From Malacoraja senta (lineage: Eukaryota): a stretch of DNA of 64,000 nucleotides. The stretch is from assembly GCA_038087875.1 (NCBI GenBank), contig JAXLNO010005073.1, forward strand, positions 248,001 through 312,000. The letters run 5' to 3'. Under the pieces are notes generated by a model that worked only from the letters and a program-made list of their open reading frames with translations, was not told where the DNA came from and searched no databases. Below are positions 12,966 through 25,100 of the stretch, piece by piece. The position numbers and the translations under genes are program-made. Numbering within the stretch: position 1 is the stretch's first letter; each line of letters opens with the position of its first letter.

Positions 12966-15099
12966 TAAACTCAATCAGAACATCACTACAGATGCAAGAA
13001 GATTGACACCTACTCGTCATTACAAAACAATAGATACTCTCATTCCCCAATGCCAGTGACATTTGTTATCCTCCAATAACCTTTAGAAAGATGAGGTTCC
13101 ATGTCTCAACGCATCCAATGCATGTTTCAGCTCAGTAAATTCCCATTTGCCTTTGCCGAAATAAGGTTTTACAAGATGGGTTTTACGCTGACACAAACGC
13201 TTTCAACAGAAGTGATGTCTGAACCATGAGCAGGAGAGGAAGAGGGAGGTCCTGTAGTTTCATAAGACACAGAGTGAGACTGGGGAACTCAGTGTCGCCG
13301 TGCTTGGAGCTTTGCTGCCCAAGTCTCTGGACTCGTTCACCAGTCTCTTCCCACAAGGTAGGCGACCTTACTACAGGTTCACTTCAGGTAAAGGCGTGGT
13401 TTAAATGGGATCTAGAAACGGAACTCCGTGTTCAATAATTTCTAACGTGTGATATTCCACTCCTACAATCATTTATTAGACTGTTACAGCCTGTTCTGCT
13501 TTAGATTTTACAAGGACATAGAAACGTAATGAATAATGAAGAGAGACACAAAATGCTGGAGTAACTCAGCGGGACAGGCAGCATCTCTGGAGAGAAAGAA
13601 TGGGTGACGTTTCGTGTCGAGACCTTTCTTCAGACCCAGATTTCTTTGACCCGAAACGTCACCCATTCCTTCTCTCCAGAGATGCAGCCTGTCCCGCCCA
13701 GTTACTCCCGCCCAGTTACTTTAGTGTCTATATTCGGTATCAAGCAGCATCTGTAGTTCCTTCCAACACGAAACTTTATCAATGTATATTTGTCTCCATT
13801 GTTTCCACTAGAAACTTAATGAAGCTAAATTACCAGCATCTTGCATTTTACCCATTTGCGCTTTGTTCTTTGTTGCCTGGTCAATCTAATGTATCCATGC
13901 TCATGTGGATTTTATTTTTCCCATTTCTCCGGCAATCCTCTGGGACTGATTGAGGATGTTCAACGTCCTCGCCGTTCTGATGCCCGCTCAATTAATTGAC
14001 TGCCTTGTGAGGTACAAATGAGTTAAAACCATTCTACCGAGAAGCAGGAAGTAAGTGGGTCAAGAATGAAAATGTCGGCGTACAGATGAGTCGTTTCAGT
14101 CAAGGCAAACCGACTGAATGTGGTTGTGAAATCCCAGATTACAACAGTGATAATATTCCAGTGGCAGATTCCACAGAGGAATGGTCCTTCCCCGTGTAAT
14201 TGTGTGCGGTTAATTCTCAAATGGTCCGGTCCCAGGGTTTTCAAAGTGGCTGTGTTCAATACAACACTTGCCAACTAGCAATTTACTGCAGCATTTCCTT
14301 TGCAAATTATTTAGTGCCCCTGTTCCGTTCAAGATGACACGACGATCAAACATTCTTTAGTATGATTTTACAGATCATCACCACTTCAAATGGTGACATT
14401 TGTTTTAGAGAAATGCAAGGTGGTTATGCGGGTTATTCTCAGAGGCTGTGAAGGTCTTGGTGCACTCTGTGAGGTTGAACTTGGAGAACACGGCAAGGTG
14501 CAGGAACAATTTGGATGCGAATGAAAATATTGGCTGGAGGTTCCCCCTTGAGTAAAATTAAAAGCTCGGGAGAAAATTAGCATTCAATATTGTACTAAGT
14601 TTGAAAATAATGTATGATCCTGATGATGAAATGCCCCTCCTTTGTAACCCCCTAAACCCACCGTGATCTGATACGTTTAGATATAGATTTAAACTGCAGG
14701 ACCAGCTATAATGGTATATGGACATATAATGGTATATGGACACACTGATCTGTTTTGTAGTCAATGCCTACTATGTTCTGTTGTGCTGAAGCAAGAATTT
14801 CATTGTCCTATCATGGACACATGACAATAAACTCACTTGAACTTGTGCTAAAGCTTGAACATCGCTGCAAGGCGTGAATATTGACCATGTTCCCTTCGTT
14901 ACTAAACAGCAGATTCCCTCGTTTGCCATTATCTTAGACATTTGCCACCCACTAATAACATTTAATATAAGGAGGTTCCAAGTCTAAACTTATCCAATAT
15001 ATTTGTGATCTCAGGAAATTCCCGATTTGGTTTGTCCAAATTAGCTTTTACAAGATGATTTTTAATCTGAGGCAAACATTATCAACACAAATGGTGTCT

Positions 15100-15239
15100 G
15101 AATCCTGAGCTGGAAAGAAAGAGGAAGGGTGTTTGCCCTTCCAAAGAAACTGTGTGAGTGTGAATCTCAGTGTGTCGCCGTGCTTGGAGCTTTGTTGCTC
15201 AGTCTCTGTACTCGTTCACCATCAGTCTCTTCTCACAAG
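15100..15239 (+). other. Candidate non-coding first exon of the Ig gene (duplicate ends at 13357)
   Basis: Donor CACAAG|GTAGGC is conserved in both copies although the frames differ; the leader exon has its own acceptor, so an upstream exon is expected. Start coordinate is approximate. Confidence 0.4.
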
Positions 15240-15469
15240 GTAGGCGACCTCACTGCACTCTCACTTCATGTCAAAGAGTGGTTTAAAAGGTATCCACAAA
15301 CTGAACAATGTTGGATGTCCTGTAAACTGTGGTTTATCACTCATTCAATCAGTTTGTTCCACTTTAGATTTGACAAGGGCATACAAACTTTATTAACTTC
15401 GTTTTGTCTCCTTTGTTTCTGACAGCTAAATGACCAGCATATGCCATTTTCCTACTGGTTTCAATAGAC

Positions 15470-15700
15470 AATAGACAATAGGTGCAAGAGTAGGCCATTC
15501 AATGTGATCATGGCTGATCTTCCCCAATCAGTTCCCCGTTCCTGCCTTCTCCCCATATCCCATGACTCCGCTATCTGTAAGAGCCCTATCTAGCTCGCTC
15601 TTAAAAGCATCCAGAGAACCGGCTTCCACCGCCCTCTGAGGCAGAGAATTCCACACACTCACAACTCTCAGTGAGAAAAAGTGTTTCCTCGTCTCCGTTT
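15470..15700 (-). mobile_element. CR1 3' end fragment
   Basis: caatagacaatagacaataggtgc tail and CR1 3' UTR. Confidence 0.8.
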
Positions 15701-16143
15701 CCAAGTCAATCTAAATTGAATACATTTTTCCCGTTTCGCTGACAACGTCCTGGGACCGTTTGAGAATATTGAATGTCCCTTGCCATTCTGTTGCCTTCTC
15801 TGTTCATTGACTCACTAGCGAGGTCTGATTTAGTTGAGAATATTTTACCGAGTGGTAGGAGGTAATTGAGTCAAACATTAAAAAAGGCGGAGTTCAGATG
15901 AATGATTTGGGACAAGGCAAACCGATAGCGGTTGAATATGGTGATGAAATCCCAGATTACTGAAGTGACAATATTCTAGCGGCAGAGTCCACCAAGCGAA
16001 TGTATTTTCCCCGTGTAATTGTGTGCGGCCAATTCTAAAGTGCCCCAGGGTCAGGAGTTTCAAACTGGCTGTACTCAATACAACATTTGCCAACTACCAA
16101 TTTACTGATCCTTAGTCTAAAACTGCACCTTATTTCCAAACAG

Positions 16144-19100
16144 AGAATGTACAAAATGAGGCCGAGGTTTCTCTGCAGCAGTTTGCCACTTGGTTTGATG
16201 TTCGGTTTCTTTGTTTTCCTGCTTCGACCAGTTTCCACACAGAGTAAGTGCTTTCTCTTCGCTGGTCACAATCACCTTGCATTAATTATCATTGTCCGTG
16301 TAAACCCGCACCCATTGTCAATCTCGCTTTACTCTCAACATCCCTGAATGTGTTGCTGCCTCATAAACCCACACCATCCTTCGTGGACCTCCATTCCACA
16401 TCCCTGAATGTGTTGCTGCCTCATAAATCCACACCATCCTTCCTGGACCTCCATTCCACATCCCTGAACGTGTTGCTGCCTCACAAATCCACGCCATCCT
16501 TGCTGGACCTCCATTCCACATCCCTGTATGTGTTGCTGCCTCACAAATCCACACCATCCTTGCTGGACCTCCATTTCTGAGCCCATCCCATCAACTCCCT
16601 CTCCTTCTCCTGCACCGACACGGTCCTTATCAAAGTCAGAAATGGCCTCCTGTGAGCTTGTTGCAGAGTTAAACTCTCCCTCCTCATCCCGCTCAGCCTC
16701 TGCAGCCTTTGACACGGTTGTCCACACCATCCTTCCCAACATCTCCTCACCACAGTCCAGGTGGGTGGAACTGCCCTCGACTTATCGATCCAGTCGCAGC
16801 CCGAGAACCACGCACAATGTCTTCACTTCACGCTCCCACAAAGTTCCTTCAAAACCAGGTGGAGTTCCTCCACTACCCCAACACAACCCCCTATCCCCAC
16901 CTACGTCTCCCTCCCTCCCACTCACTCACTTCTCTCATGTGATGAAATATCCCTGCATCAATCAGGCCAGGTTATTCCAGACCACATCTCTTCACAAACC
17001 GTGTCTTCCTCGCTGGGGTTTCCAAGGAAGATCACAACTGTCTGGAATTAAATTCAGTTCAAAATTAATGATTACAGATATGGGGTGGATGGGGAAAATG
17101 TGTTTTAAATATTAATTCTTCATTGTTCGTATTCGCAACAGCAAATAGAAATCGAATGTATTTCTTGGATAATGGAGGCGACATTGTGTTAAACGGACCG
17201 GACAATGCTGAGAAAGACACTGTTGTTGTCTGGGAATGGAAACCACACTCAGGGAAGGAAATCGGAAAATTGTCGACTTTTAGAAGAATGGGGCGCGATT
17301 GGATCAAAGTGAAGGCCGCTGGCGAGAGTAAAGTGGACTTGTACCCGGAGATGAAAGTGTATTCCCGTACCCTTGATCTGACAATTGATAAACCCACATT
17401 TAAATGGGCGGGAATTTTCACTTTGGCTCAAACAGAACCGAGAAAGCAAATCCTGAAACAATATGAAATATTTGGGATGAAAGGTGAGTGGGAGCGATAA
17501 GGATCAATAATGTTTAATTTATCTCTGTAAGTATTGTCACCTATAATGATGAGAGATGGCGGGAATTGTGAGACTTCTTCCACCCGGTGAAACGTTAAAC
17601 AACTGGGGAAGTGTTTTTGTTCATTGATTCTGTAATGATCAGCAGGGGTGATAATAGTTTGATGACTTCACTGGGAACAGCAAATCAATGAATCGACCCG
17701 CAGCGAATACCATGGTCTTCTTGCCTGCACACGGTAAGGTGATCGCGGCAAGGTGGTATGGAACCAATGTCTCCATGCAGTGGCCCCGGGTTAACACTGC
17801 TACTTAATGTTACCCTGTGACCAGGTGGATGGAAGTCCATCGCCTGTGGAACATGGGCTCTGCCATAGAGTTCACCTCTTGAGAGCAATCAGATACACCT
17901 AGGAGTGGAAATAGATGCATTTTCAACAGTTTGTGAATATTTGAAACAGAGCATGTGTAAATACAACAACACCTGAATGTTGCCGGTTCCACCTGCAGTC
18001 ACACGGTAAACAGCCGGCATTTCGCTGCGTCAATGTGAGCAGCCACGGGTGTCAGGGTTCTGAGAGCACTTGGGGAGAAGTTGTTCTGACTTTCAGCTAC
18101 GTGTCAGCTTTAAGCCCGGTTATTGGATGAACCATGACATCCGCACTCTTCTGAAGTCCAGATTCCGGGCATTCAGGTCTGGGGATGCAGTGGTCTACAA
18201 GAAGTTCAGATACGACCTTGGTAAGGCCATCAAAAGTCCAAAAGGGACTTCTGCTCCAAGCTGGAGGATGAGACGGATGTTCGGCAACTATCTTAGGGCT
18301 TGAATGCCATCACCTCCTATAAAGGCAAATTCAGGATGTAGCTCAAATGTCAGCGAAACATCACTCCCTGACGAGCTCAATGCGTTCTATGCACGCTTTG
18401 ATAGGGAGAACACCGATGTGCCTTCCCGAGCCCCCATTCGCTGTGATGGTATTTCAGTCTCAGTCACAGAGGCCGACGTCAGGAAATCCTTCAGAGGTGT
18501 GAACCCTCGATAAGCACCTGGACCTGATGGTATACCTGGTCGTGTTCTAAAAACCTGTGCGGACCAACTGGCTGGAGTTTTTACGGACATTTTCAACCTC
18601 TCACTTCTGAGGTCTGAGGTTCCCACCTGCTTTAAAAGGGCATCAATTATACCAGTGCCCAAGAAGAGTAAGGTGATGTGTCTCAATGACTATCGACCTG
18701 TGGCACTAACACCTGTGGTGATGAAGTGCTTTGAAAGGTTGATCATGGCGCAAATCAACTCCTACCTTGACAAAAACCTGGACCCACTGCCGTTGGCTTA
18801 CCGCCACAACAGATCAACGGTGGATGCGATCTCGCTGGCCCTCCACTCTGCTCTGGACCACTTGGACAACAACAACTCATATGTCAGGCTGTTATTCATT
18901 GATTACAGCTCGGCATTTAACACAATCATCCCCTCCAAGCTGGTTACCAAACTCTCAGATCTGGGTCTCTGTGCATCCCTCTGCAATTGGATCCTCGACT
19001 TCCTCATTCACAGACCATAGTCTGTTCGTTTTGGTGGAAATGTGTCAGCCTCGATAACAATCAGCACGGGAGCACCTCAAGACTGTGTGCTCAGTCCCCT

Positions 19101-22100
19101 GCTGTACTCACTCTATACTCATGAGTGCGTAGCCGGACATAGTGCGAACTCCATCATCCAGTTCGCTGACGACACCACTGTTGTGGGACAAATCACTGAT
19201 GGGGACGAGTCAGAGTATAGAAGAGAGATCGAGCAACTGTCCATATGGTGCCAGCACAATAACCTGGCCCTCAACACCAGCAAAACCAAGGAATTGATTG
19301 TGGACTTTGGAAGGGGTAGGATGGGGACCCACATTCCCGTTTATATCAACGGGTCGATGGTGGAAAGGGTCAAGAGCTTCAAATTCCTGGACGTGCATAT
19401 TTCCGAAGATCACTCGTGGTCCCAGAACACTGATGCAATTATAAAGCAAGTACATCAGCGCCTCTACTTCATGAGCAGATTACGGAGAGTCGGTTTGTCA
19501 AGGAGGACTCTCTCTAACTACTACAGGTGCACAGTAGAGAGCATGATGACCGGTTGCATCGTGGCTTGGTTCGGCAACTTGAGTGTCCAGGAGCGGAAAA
19601 AGCTACAACAAGTAGTAAACACTGCCCAGTCCATCATCGGCTCTGACCTCCCTTCCATCGAGGAGATCTATCGCAGTCGCTGCCTCAAAAAGGCTGGCAG
19701 CATCATCAAGGACCCACACCATCCTGGCCACACACTCATCTCCCCGCTACCTTTAGAGAGATTAGAGAGATTCCTTTATTTGTCATTCAGACCTTTCGGT
19801 CTGAACGAAATTTCGTTGCCTGCAGTCATACATATAATAATAAATGACAAAACACACAATAAACACAAATTAACATCCACTACAGGACCCTGAAATCTGC
19901 AACATCCAGGTTCAGGAACAGCTGCTTCCCCACAGCCATCTGGTTATTAAACACAACTTCAAACAAACTCTGAACTATAACAGCCTATTGCACTTTATCT
20001 GTTTATTTATGTGTGCATATATGTATATATATTCTATGGTACATGGACACACTGATCTGTTCTGTATTTATGCCTACAATATTCTGTTGTGCTGCAGCAA
20101 GCAAGAATGTCATTATCCCATCTGGGACTTGACCTGTACAAACCACTACTCACTCTGAATCTCATTGATCTGTTTTTCACAGTTGAGGCAAGTCCACAGA
20201 GGCCTCTGCTGGGCAGTGACGTCACACTCAGCTGCACCATCTCCAGACTCTCAGATACAGTCAGTCTTTACTGGAGACCCATGGACTCATCCCAGCAGAA
20301 CAGGAGCAACACTGATCAGATCCGCCTGGATAACACGGTCTATCTGATGGTTCAACACGTTACAGTGGGGGATGGGAAGCTGTATGTGTGTGATGTGCAG
20401 GAAAACGGAAACATTGTTCACACAAGTAATGGAGATTTTACTGTAGAGAACGGTGAGTGTAAACACCTCCCATTGGATATCAAGTAGACACTTGTATCAC
20501 GGTGCTTCTTGTAATATTATGTGCGCGCCCTGTGAAGAACTGTGGCAGTGACCAACTGCTCTCCAGTATAAAATGCTGCAATGATCAGGGAGAAGTTTAC
20601 AGAAAGTCTCTCTCTCTGTGGAGCAGCTGCCTGCTTGTCTCTGTGTGACAGACACACAGCACAGGAGGGGGATGTCTTTCTGTAACCATTCTTCAGTCAA
20701 GTATTTTGTCAGTTTATCTTGCCATCAATGCTCCAGTATCTGAGACTGAGATACTGATACAGGACTCATGTCAAAGTGTCAGATAGAAAGTGTAGTCACC
20801 ATTACAACCACCAGCACTTGCTGCTCACACTCACACTGGGGGTCCCGGCCCACACATCAGCACTGAACAACAATCCATCCCCTCTCCCCTCACTGACCCT
20901 TCTCTCCGAGTCTGGTGTTGCTTGAAGTGATTCCAACTGCTGCAGACTCTGGCTTCGGATCAGCATTCAGCTGGGAGCAGGACCCGGGAACAGGGAAGAA
21001 CAGGGAATCAATGGGTGTGAATGGGAGAGGGATGGTGGGAATAATGGGAATGAAGGGACGGGAAGACCCGACCTACTTGAAGTGCGAACCTGTCCGGGTC
21101 AGTCCCCACGCAGGCATCCTCTGGGCTGCTTCTGTCCGCAGCCTGAACCTGCACCACCTCCTGCAGACAAACTGACAGAGACATTCACCTCCCAGACCGC
21201 TCTCGGGAGTCTCCGGGAGGTTTCATTCCATCCCGGGAGATTCCCGGACAGTCGGGGTGTGGGGGCGAACCTAATGTTGAAATGTAGAGTGGAATATCCA
21301 AACTTCACTGCAATTTACTGCCGTACAGGACATTGTATTTTATAAAGATCTGATGAGTTTAGTGCGGCATTCATGAAAGATGTTACATTTGAAACTTGAT
21401 CAGCTGAACAAAACACCACGAATGTTTATAAGAATACGGTTGAGAATCTCTGTATGGCACGGTAACTGTAATACTGAAAGGAGTTATCCTCTGTCTCTCT
21501 GATACAGATTTATATAGGGAGACATACACACTTTACCGCTCCAGCACAGATCACAGTGAACTTCACCTGGTTTGTTCTGTGAGTTATGGTGATAGCTATT
21601 CCCGTGCTGAGTGGACCTGGACACCTCATCGCCTTCAACAGCAGAAAGTAATAGCATCTGCAGAACGTTCTCAGCCCATCAATGTCAAAGGGACCGACTT
21701 CAGGAATCGATTGGTGACCTCAGGGAAACCCTTCGATGGCGAGGATTTTAGTGTGAGGATTGTCCCCGTTGTGTTTCAAGATGCCGGAGTTTACGCATGT
21801 TTTCTGGAATCATATCCATTTCTCACCATTGATCTAATCACAGTGAAAGGTAGGAGACAGAATGTTGCCACTGAGTTTACTGATGAACTTATTGTTTAAA
21901 ATGTAAACAACCTGCTTGTTTCCACAGTCACAGCTGAACCGTCTGATGCAGTGACTGAGGGAGACAACGTTACCCTGACCTGCTCTGTGTCTCACGTCAC
22001 TGGGTCAATGAGACTGGTTTGGATCAATGGCGATGGCAAAAGTGTTGGAGAAAAGACACTGACTGTGGAAGAGAAATCACAGAGTCTGGTTATTCAGAAA

Positions 22101-25100
22101 GCTGAGAGAGGCAGAGGGAACTGGAGATGTGGTTTGTTTCATCAAGACCTGCCCCGGCTTGTTGTCCCGTACTATCAGGAGCCCCGTGGTAAGTGATAAG
22201 GGTTTGTTCTTCATACTTAGAGTCATGATTGAGTTTTGATGTCGCTTATTGATCCTGAAATTTGAGTGGAATATTTTCTTCCAGTTTGAGTGGTCTAACT
22301 CTGTTATGAATACCGAATTCTCAAATTTCAAATAACACTTCCCGAACCCCACTTCTCCCCCCCCCCTTCATTGTGCACGCATTTATCCCACCACCCAGTT
22401 ATCCTATTCTCTTCCCTTCCTCTTTCAACTCATCTCCCACCCCTTCCAATTGCAGAGTTTTCCTTTTATGTTCTTGCTCCACTTCCACCCATATCCCTCC
22501 CTCTGTTACTGATCTGACTGTAGATCAGTCAGTATTAGTTGACCTGATCTATGTCATGTTTTACTGCATGCCGCTGTGTACTCAAACAGTCATCATATTA
22601 TCTGGTCTGTTAGTCCAGCCTCTAGTTAGATTCGTTGCTGAGCTTGAGCTTACAACACCTAAGTATTTGAGCTCTGTGTGTTTACTATAACAAACAACTT
22701 CTTCTTATGTATGGATCCTGTTATTACACATGTTTACACTGACAACCTTTTGTCTCCATTTCACCCCTCCATTTTGGCATTATCTCCATCCATCTACTCA
22801 TCACCATTCCCCACCTGTATCCACCTATCACTCACCATGCTTTGTCTCATGCCTACTTCCCTTCCCCAGTTGTCACTCTCCCATTCCATCAGTCTGAGAA
22901 TGCATCCTGACATGAAACGTCATCAATCCATTCCCTCCACAGATGCTGCCTGACCCATTGAGTTTCTCCAACACTTTGCTTTGATCAACATTCCACAATC
23001 TGCAGTTCTTGTGTCTCCATGGAGACCCACTGGTCAACGTGGACAGATTGCTGCAGAGGGCCTGTTTCCATGCTGTTCCATGATGATGAATTATAACGTA
23101 CAACTTAGTAAAGATTAATTCTCTGCAATATTGCTACTGACAAGGTCAGTGAAAAATTATTGTCCAACATTTACACATTTGTTCTCTTTTCCTACAGGAA
23201 GTGGACATTATATGTACTTTTTCCATCAGGAAGGCAACTTTGTATTGAAAGGACCAGACAGTCTGGAAATGGCCCCATTGACTTGGAATGGAGGCCACAC
23301 TCAGGGCAACAAACCACAAAGCGATTGGCCACTTTCCACAGAGAAGATCAGCAGTGGGACGTACAATGGAGTGATGAGTACATTCAAATACCAGGCATTT
23401 CCCAGAGGATGCATGGCGGACTGGGGTACCCTTAATCTGAGGATCAGGACGCCACATTCAAACTTGCAGGACTGTTCACCTGGACTCAAACAGAGCCCGC
23501 TGGGAAAATCCTGAGACAGTGGGAACTATTTGGGATCAAAGGTAATAGAGTCATAGTGTCACACAGCACTGAAACAGGCCCTTTGGCCCAATTCATCCAT
23601 ACTGACCAACTACCATCTAAACATCCCATTTGCCCTCATTTGGCCCATATCCCTTCAACCTTTTTTCCATCTACCTGTTTAAATGCCCTTTAAATGCTGT
23701 ACCTGCATCAAACACTTCCTCTGCTCGATCTTTCCATAAAGTATGTTTAGGTACCACACTCTTTGTCAAAACTGCCCCTAATATTAAGGGGTATATCAAA
23801 TCTGCCCCTCTCACCTTAAACATGTACTATCTAGTTGTTGATTCCCCAACCCTGGACAAAAGACCATGTGCGTTTACTATAGATATGCCTCTCATGATTT
23901 TATTCACCCATATAATCTCTGTTAAAGACATCCAAGAAATATAATGTCTGAAGAAGGGTCTCAACCTGAAAAGTCACCTATCTATGTTCTCTAGAGTTCA
24001 AAGGTCTTTTATTGTCACGTGTACCAATTAAGGGGCAGTGATATTCATATTACCAGACCTGCTGAATTACTCCTGCACTTTATGTCCTTTTATATATTAA
24101 CCAGCATCTGCAGTTCTGTGTTTCTACTATACTAAAAACATCCCTACCTGGAAGTGTTGATGTGGGAGACGAGGGGGCGAGGGGACAGGTGGTCACTACC
24201 AGGAAGTGTTGATGTGGGAGACGAGGGGGCGAGGGGGACGGGTGGTCACCTACCAGGAAGTCTTGATGTGGTAGACGAGGGGGGAGGGGGACAGGTGGTC
24301 ACTACCTGGGAAGGTGTGTTGATTGCGAGACAGGGGGCGAGGGGGACAGGTGGTCACGACCAGGAAGTGTTGATGTGGGAGACGAGGGGGCGAGGGGGAC
24401 AGGTGGTCACTACCTGGAAGTGTTGATGTGGGAGACGAGGGGGCGAGGGGGACAGATGGTCACTACCTGGAAGTGTTGATGTGGGAGACGAGGGGGCGAG
24501 GGGGACAGATGGTCACTACCAGGAAGTGTTGAAGACATCACTGAGCACGGTAGCTCAACATTCAGCCGACTGTCAGTCTGCAGGAAAAAGACAATTCTGC
24601 CCACAGTAGTTCAGAAAGCTGTTGGTGAACTGAACCACATGTGTCTGTTTCCACAGTTGAGGCCGACTCACCGAGGCCAGTGATGGGCAGTGACATCACC
24701 CTCAGCTGTACCATCTCCAGACTCTCAGATACCATCAGTCTTCACTGGAAACCAAGAGGCTCATCTCAGCAGAACAGGAGGAGCAACACTGATCAAATCC
24801 ATCTGAATAACGCCGTCTATCTGATGATCCAACATGTTGGAGCAGGAAATCCCAATCTGTACACATGGGAAGTGCAGGAAAATACCTCCATTGTTCTCAC
24901 TGGAGACACCAATGTCGAAGTGGATCAGGGTGAGTCCAAAGCTGCCTTGCAGCAGGTATTAAATAGATCTTGATATCAAACTGTTCCACATGTTGTATAG
25001 TGAGCACTGACTCCACCCGTGGGCTTCCACACTGCAGGATGTGGAGATTGCCTTTACCCTGGGGCATGGTGTAAATATAAAATGGTGGCACTAAGATTGA

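Noticed and set aside
11900-14600. Possible decayed Ig exons in motif A (e.g. WLCGLF at about 14410; MYF..WVW at about 11710)
   Set aside because: Paralogous copies differ by frameshifts and stops, and the match is only a few residues; treated as a non-coding module.
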